Origin: Kineococcus radiotolerans SRS30216 = ATCC BAA-149
GTDB taxonomy: Bacteria; Actinomycetota; Actinomycetes; Actinomycetales; Kineococcaceae
Reading direction: 5' to 3'
NCBI RefSeq assembly: GCF_000017305.1
Contig: NC_009664.2
Location: 4,710,001 to 4,742,000, forward strand
Length of the DNA stretch: 32,000 nucleotides
The notes below the pieces were generated by a model. That model worked only from the letters and a program-made list of their open reading frames with translations. It had not been told where the DNA came from and searched no databases. The translations under genes were made by a program, and so were the position numbers. This document shows, one piece after another, positions 31,244 to 32,000 of the stretch (the stretch's first letter is position 1; the number at the start of each line of letters is the position of its first letter).

Positions 31244-31862
31244 GACAAACGGGCGGGCCGCGTGGAATTGTGACCGAGTGCAACAGCTCATCACTGCGCC
31301 CTTCTTCCGGCGACTGGCCGCCCGGCTCATCGACCTCGGCTTCGCCCTGGTCCTGACCTTCGCCCTGGCCGTGGTCGTGGGCCTGATCTCAGGTCTCGTG
31401 ACCGCCTTCAGCGGTGGCCTCGACGAGGATGGACTGGCGATCGCGCTGCTGGTCTGGCTCTGCTACTTCCTGGCCTACGTCGCGCTGGAGTGGTTTCTGG
31501 TGGTCAACCGCGGCGGGCAGACGCTGGGCAAGGGGCTGATGGGCATCAGGGTGGTCCGTGCATCGGGCACCGGCGTCGCCCCCGCTTCGTCCTTCGTTCG
31601 CCTTTTCGTGTTCTTCATCCCGTTCTTCTTCGCCTCGCAGGCTGGGGGGTCGACGTCGGCCGGGTGGGAGGCGCTGGCCACTATCGGGTTCTTGTGGTCC
31701 ACAGCCACACTGATCATGGTGTGCATCCGGCCAGGCGGTCGGCGTGGGGTTCACGACTACTTGTCGGGCACTCGGGTCGTGCTCGCTCCGAGGCGCAAAG
31801 TGAACCTGCGGAAGGACATTCCGATGATGGTGCCTAGGCGGGTTGACCTCACCAAGCGCTGA
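31188..31862 (+). CDS. RDD-family membrane protein
   Basis: APFFRRLAARLIDLGFALVLTFALAVVVGLI ... LVVNRGGQTLGKGLMGIRVV ... GRRGVHDYLSGTRVV is the RDD-domain pattern with 3 TM helices. The start is uncertain: GTG 31188 overlaps the previous ORF by 56 nt, and GTG 31278 is more compact. Confidence 0.7.
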   Translation: MTIQISSVPPAPAHLRDPETNGRAAWNCDRVQQLITAPFFRRLAARLIDLGFALVLTFALAVVVGLISGLVTAFSGGLDEDGLAIALLVWLCYFLAYVALEWFLVVNRGGQTLGKGLMGIRVVRASGTGVAPASSFVRLFVFFIPFFFASQAGGSTSAGWEALATIGFLWSTATLIMVCIRPGGRRGVHDYLSGTRVVLAPRRKVNLRKDIPMMVPRRVDLTKR

Positions 31863-32000
31863 CCGCGAAGTGTCACCATTCCCTCGACCAGTAGCGCCGT
31901 GGCTTGGTCGTCGTGCGGACGGTGGCGCCGCGGCTGGGATTGCAGGTGGTGAGGAGGAGCTGGTCGGCTTGGGTTCCGCCATGTGCTCGGGCGAGGGTGT

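Noticed and set aside
31389-31982. 197-aa minus-strand ORF overlapping the RDD gene and running to the window end.
   Set aside because: It is antisense to a well-supported membrane-protein ORF. Its composition is Pro/Arg/Ser-rich and low-complexity, and it has no motif.

Overview
High-GC (roughly 70%) actinobacterial-type DNA in three parts. (1) 1-22,070: nearly every intergenic gap holds a copy of one conserved repeat (core GCGGGATGACCGTGAAGTCG; long form about 68 bp). I count 25 loci and 26 exact GGGATGACC 9-mers by eye, all on the + strand, with none after 21,170. The repeats cut the region into about 26 single-gene or single-operon units (13 on +, 13 on -). The cargo is accessory-type: 3 ECF sigma/anti-sigma modules, 2 GNAT acetyltransferases, 2 VOC/glyoxalase proteins, an ABM monooxygenase, a small P-loop kinase, an LRR protein, lipoproteins, an immunity-like protein, many orphans and at least 3 decayed genes. 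An IS3-family element (2515-3793) has inserted exactly into one repeat copy with a 3-bp TGA duplication. I read this as a possible integron-/rAID-like cassette array that uses a non-attC site. The alternative, a genome-wide REP-like repeat, cannot be excluded from one window. (2) 22,165-30,261: a repeat-free island of three defence-type genes. These are a NERD-domain membrane protein, a 599-aa SIR2-like protein with catalytic Asn/His present, and a roughly 1,700-aa nuclease-like / NACHT-type P-loop / helical-repeat protein. (3) 30,286-31,862: a 5'-truncated, frameshifted DUF3560-like gene (a family associated with actinomycete conjugative elements) abutting the island, then an RDD-family membrane protein. 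No rRNA, tRNA or CRISPR array was seen. All functional calls rest on motif recognition by eye; no database search or computation was run, and start codons are often uncertain.
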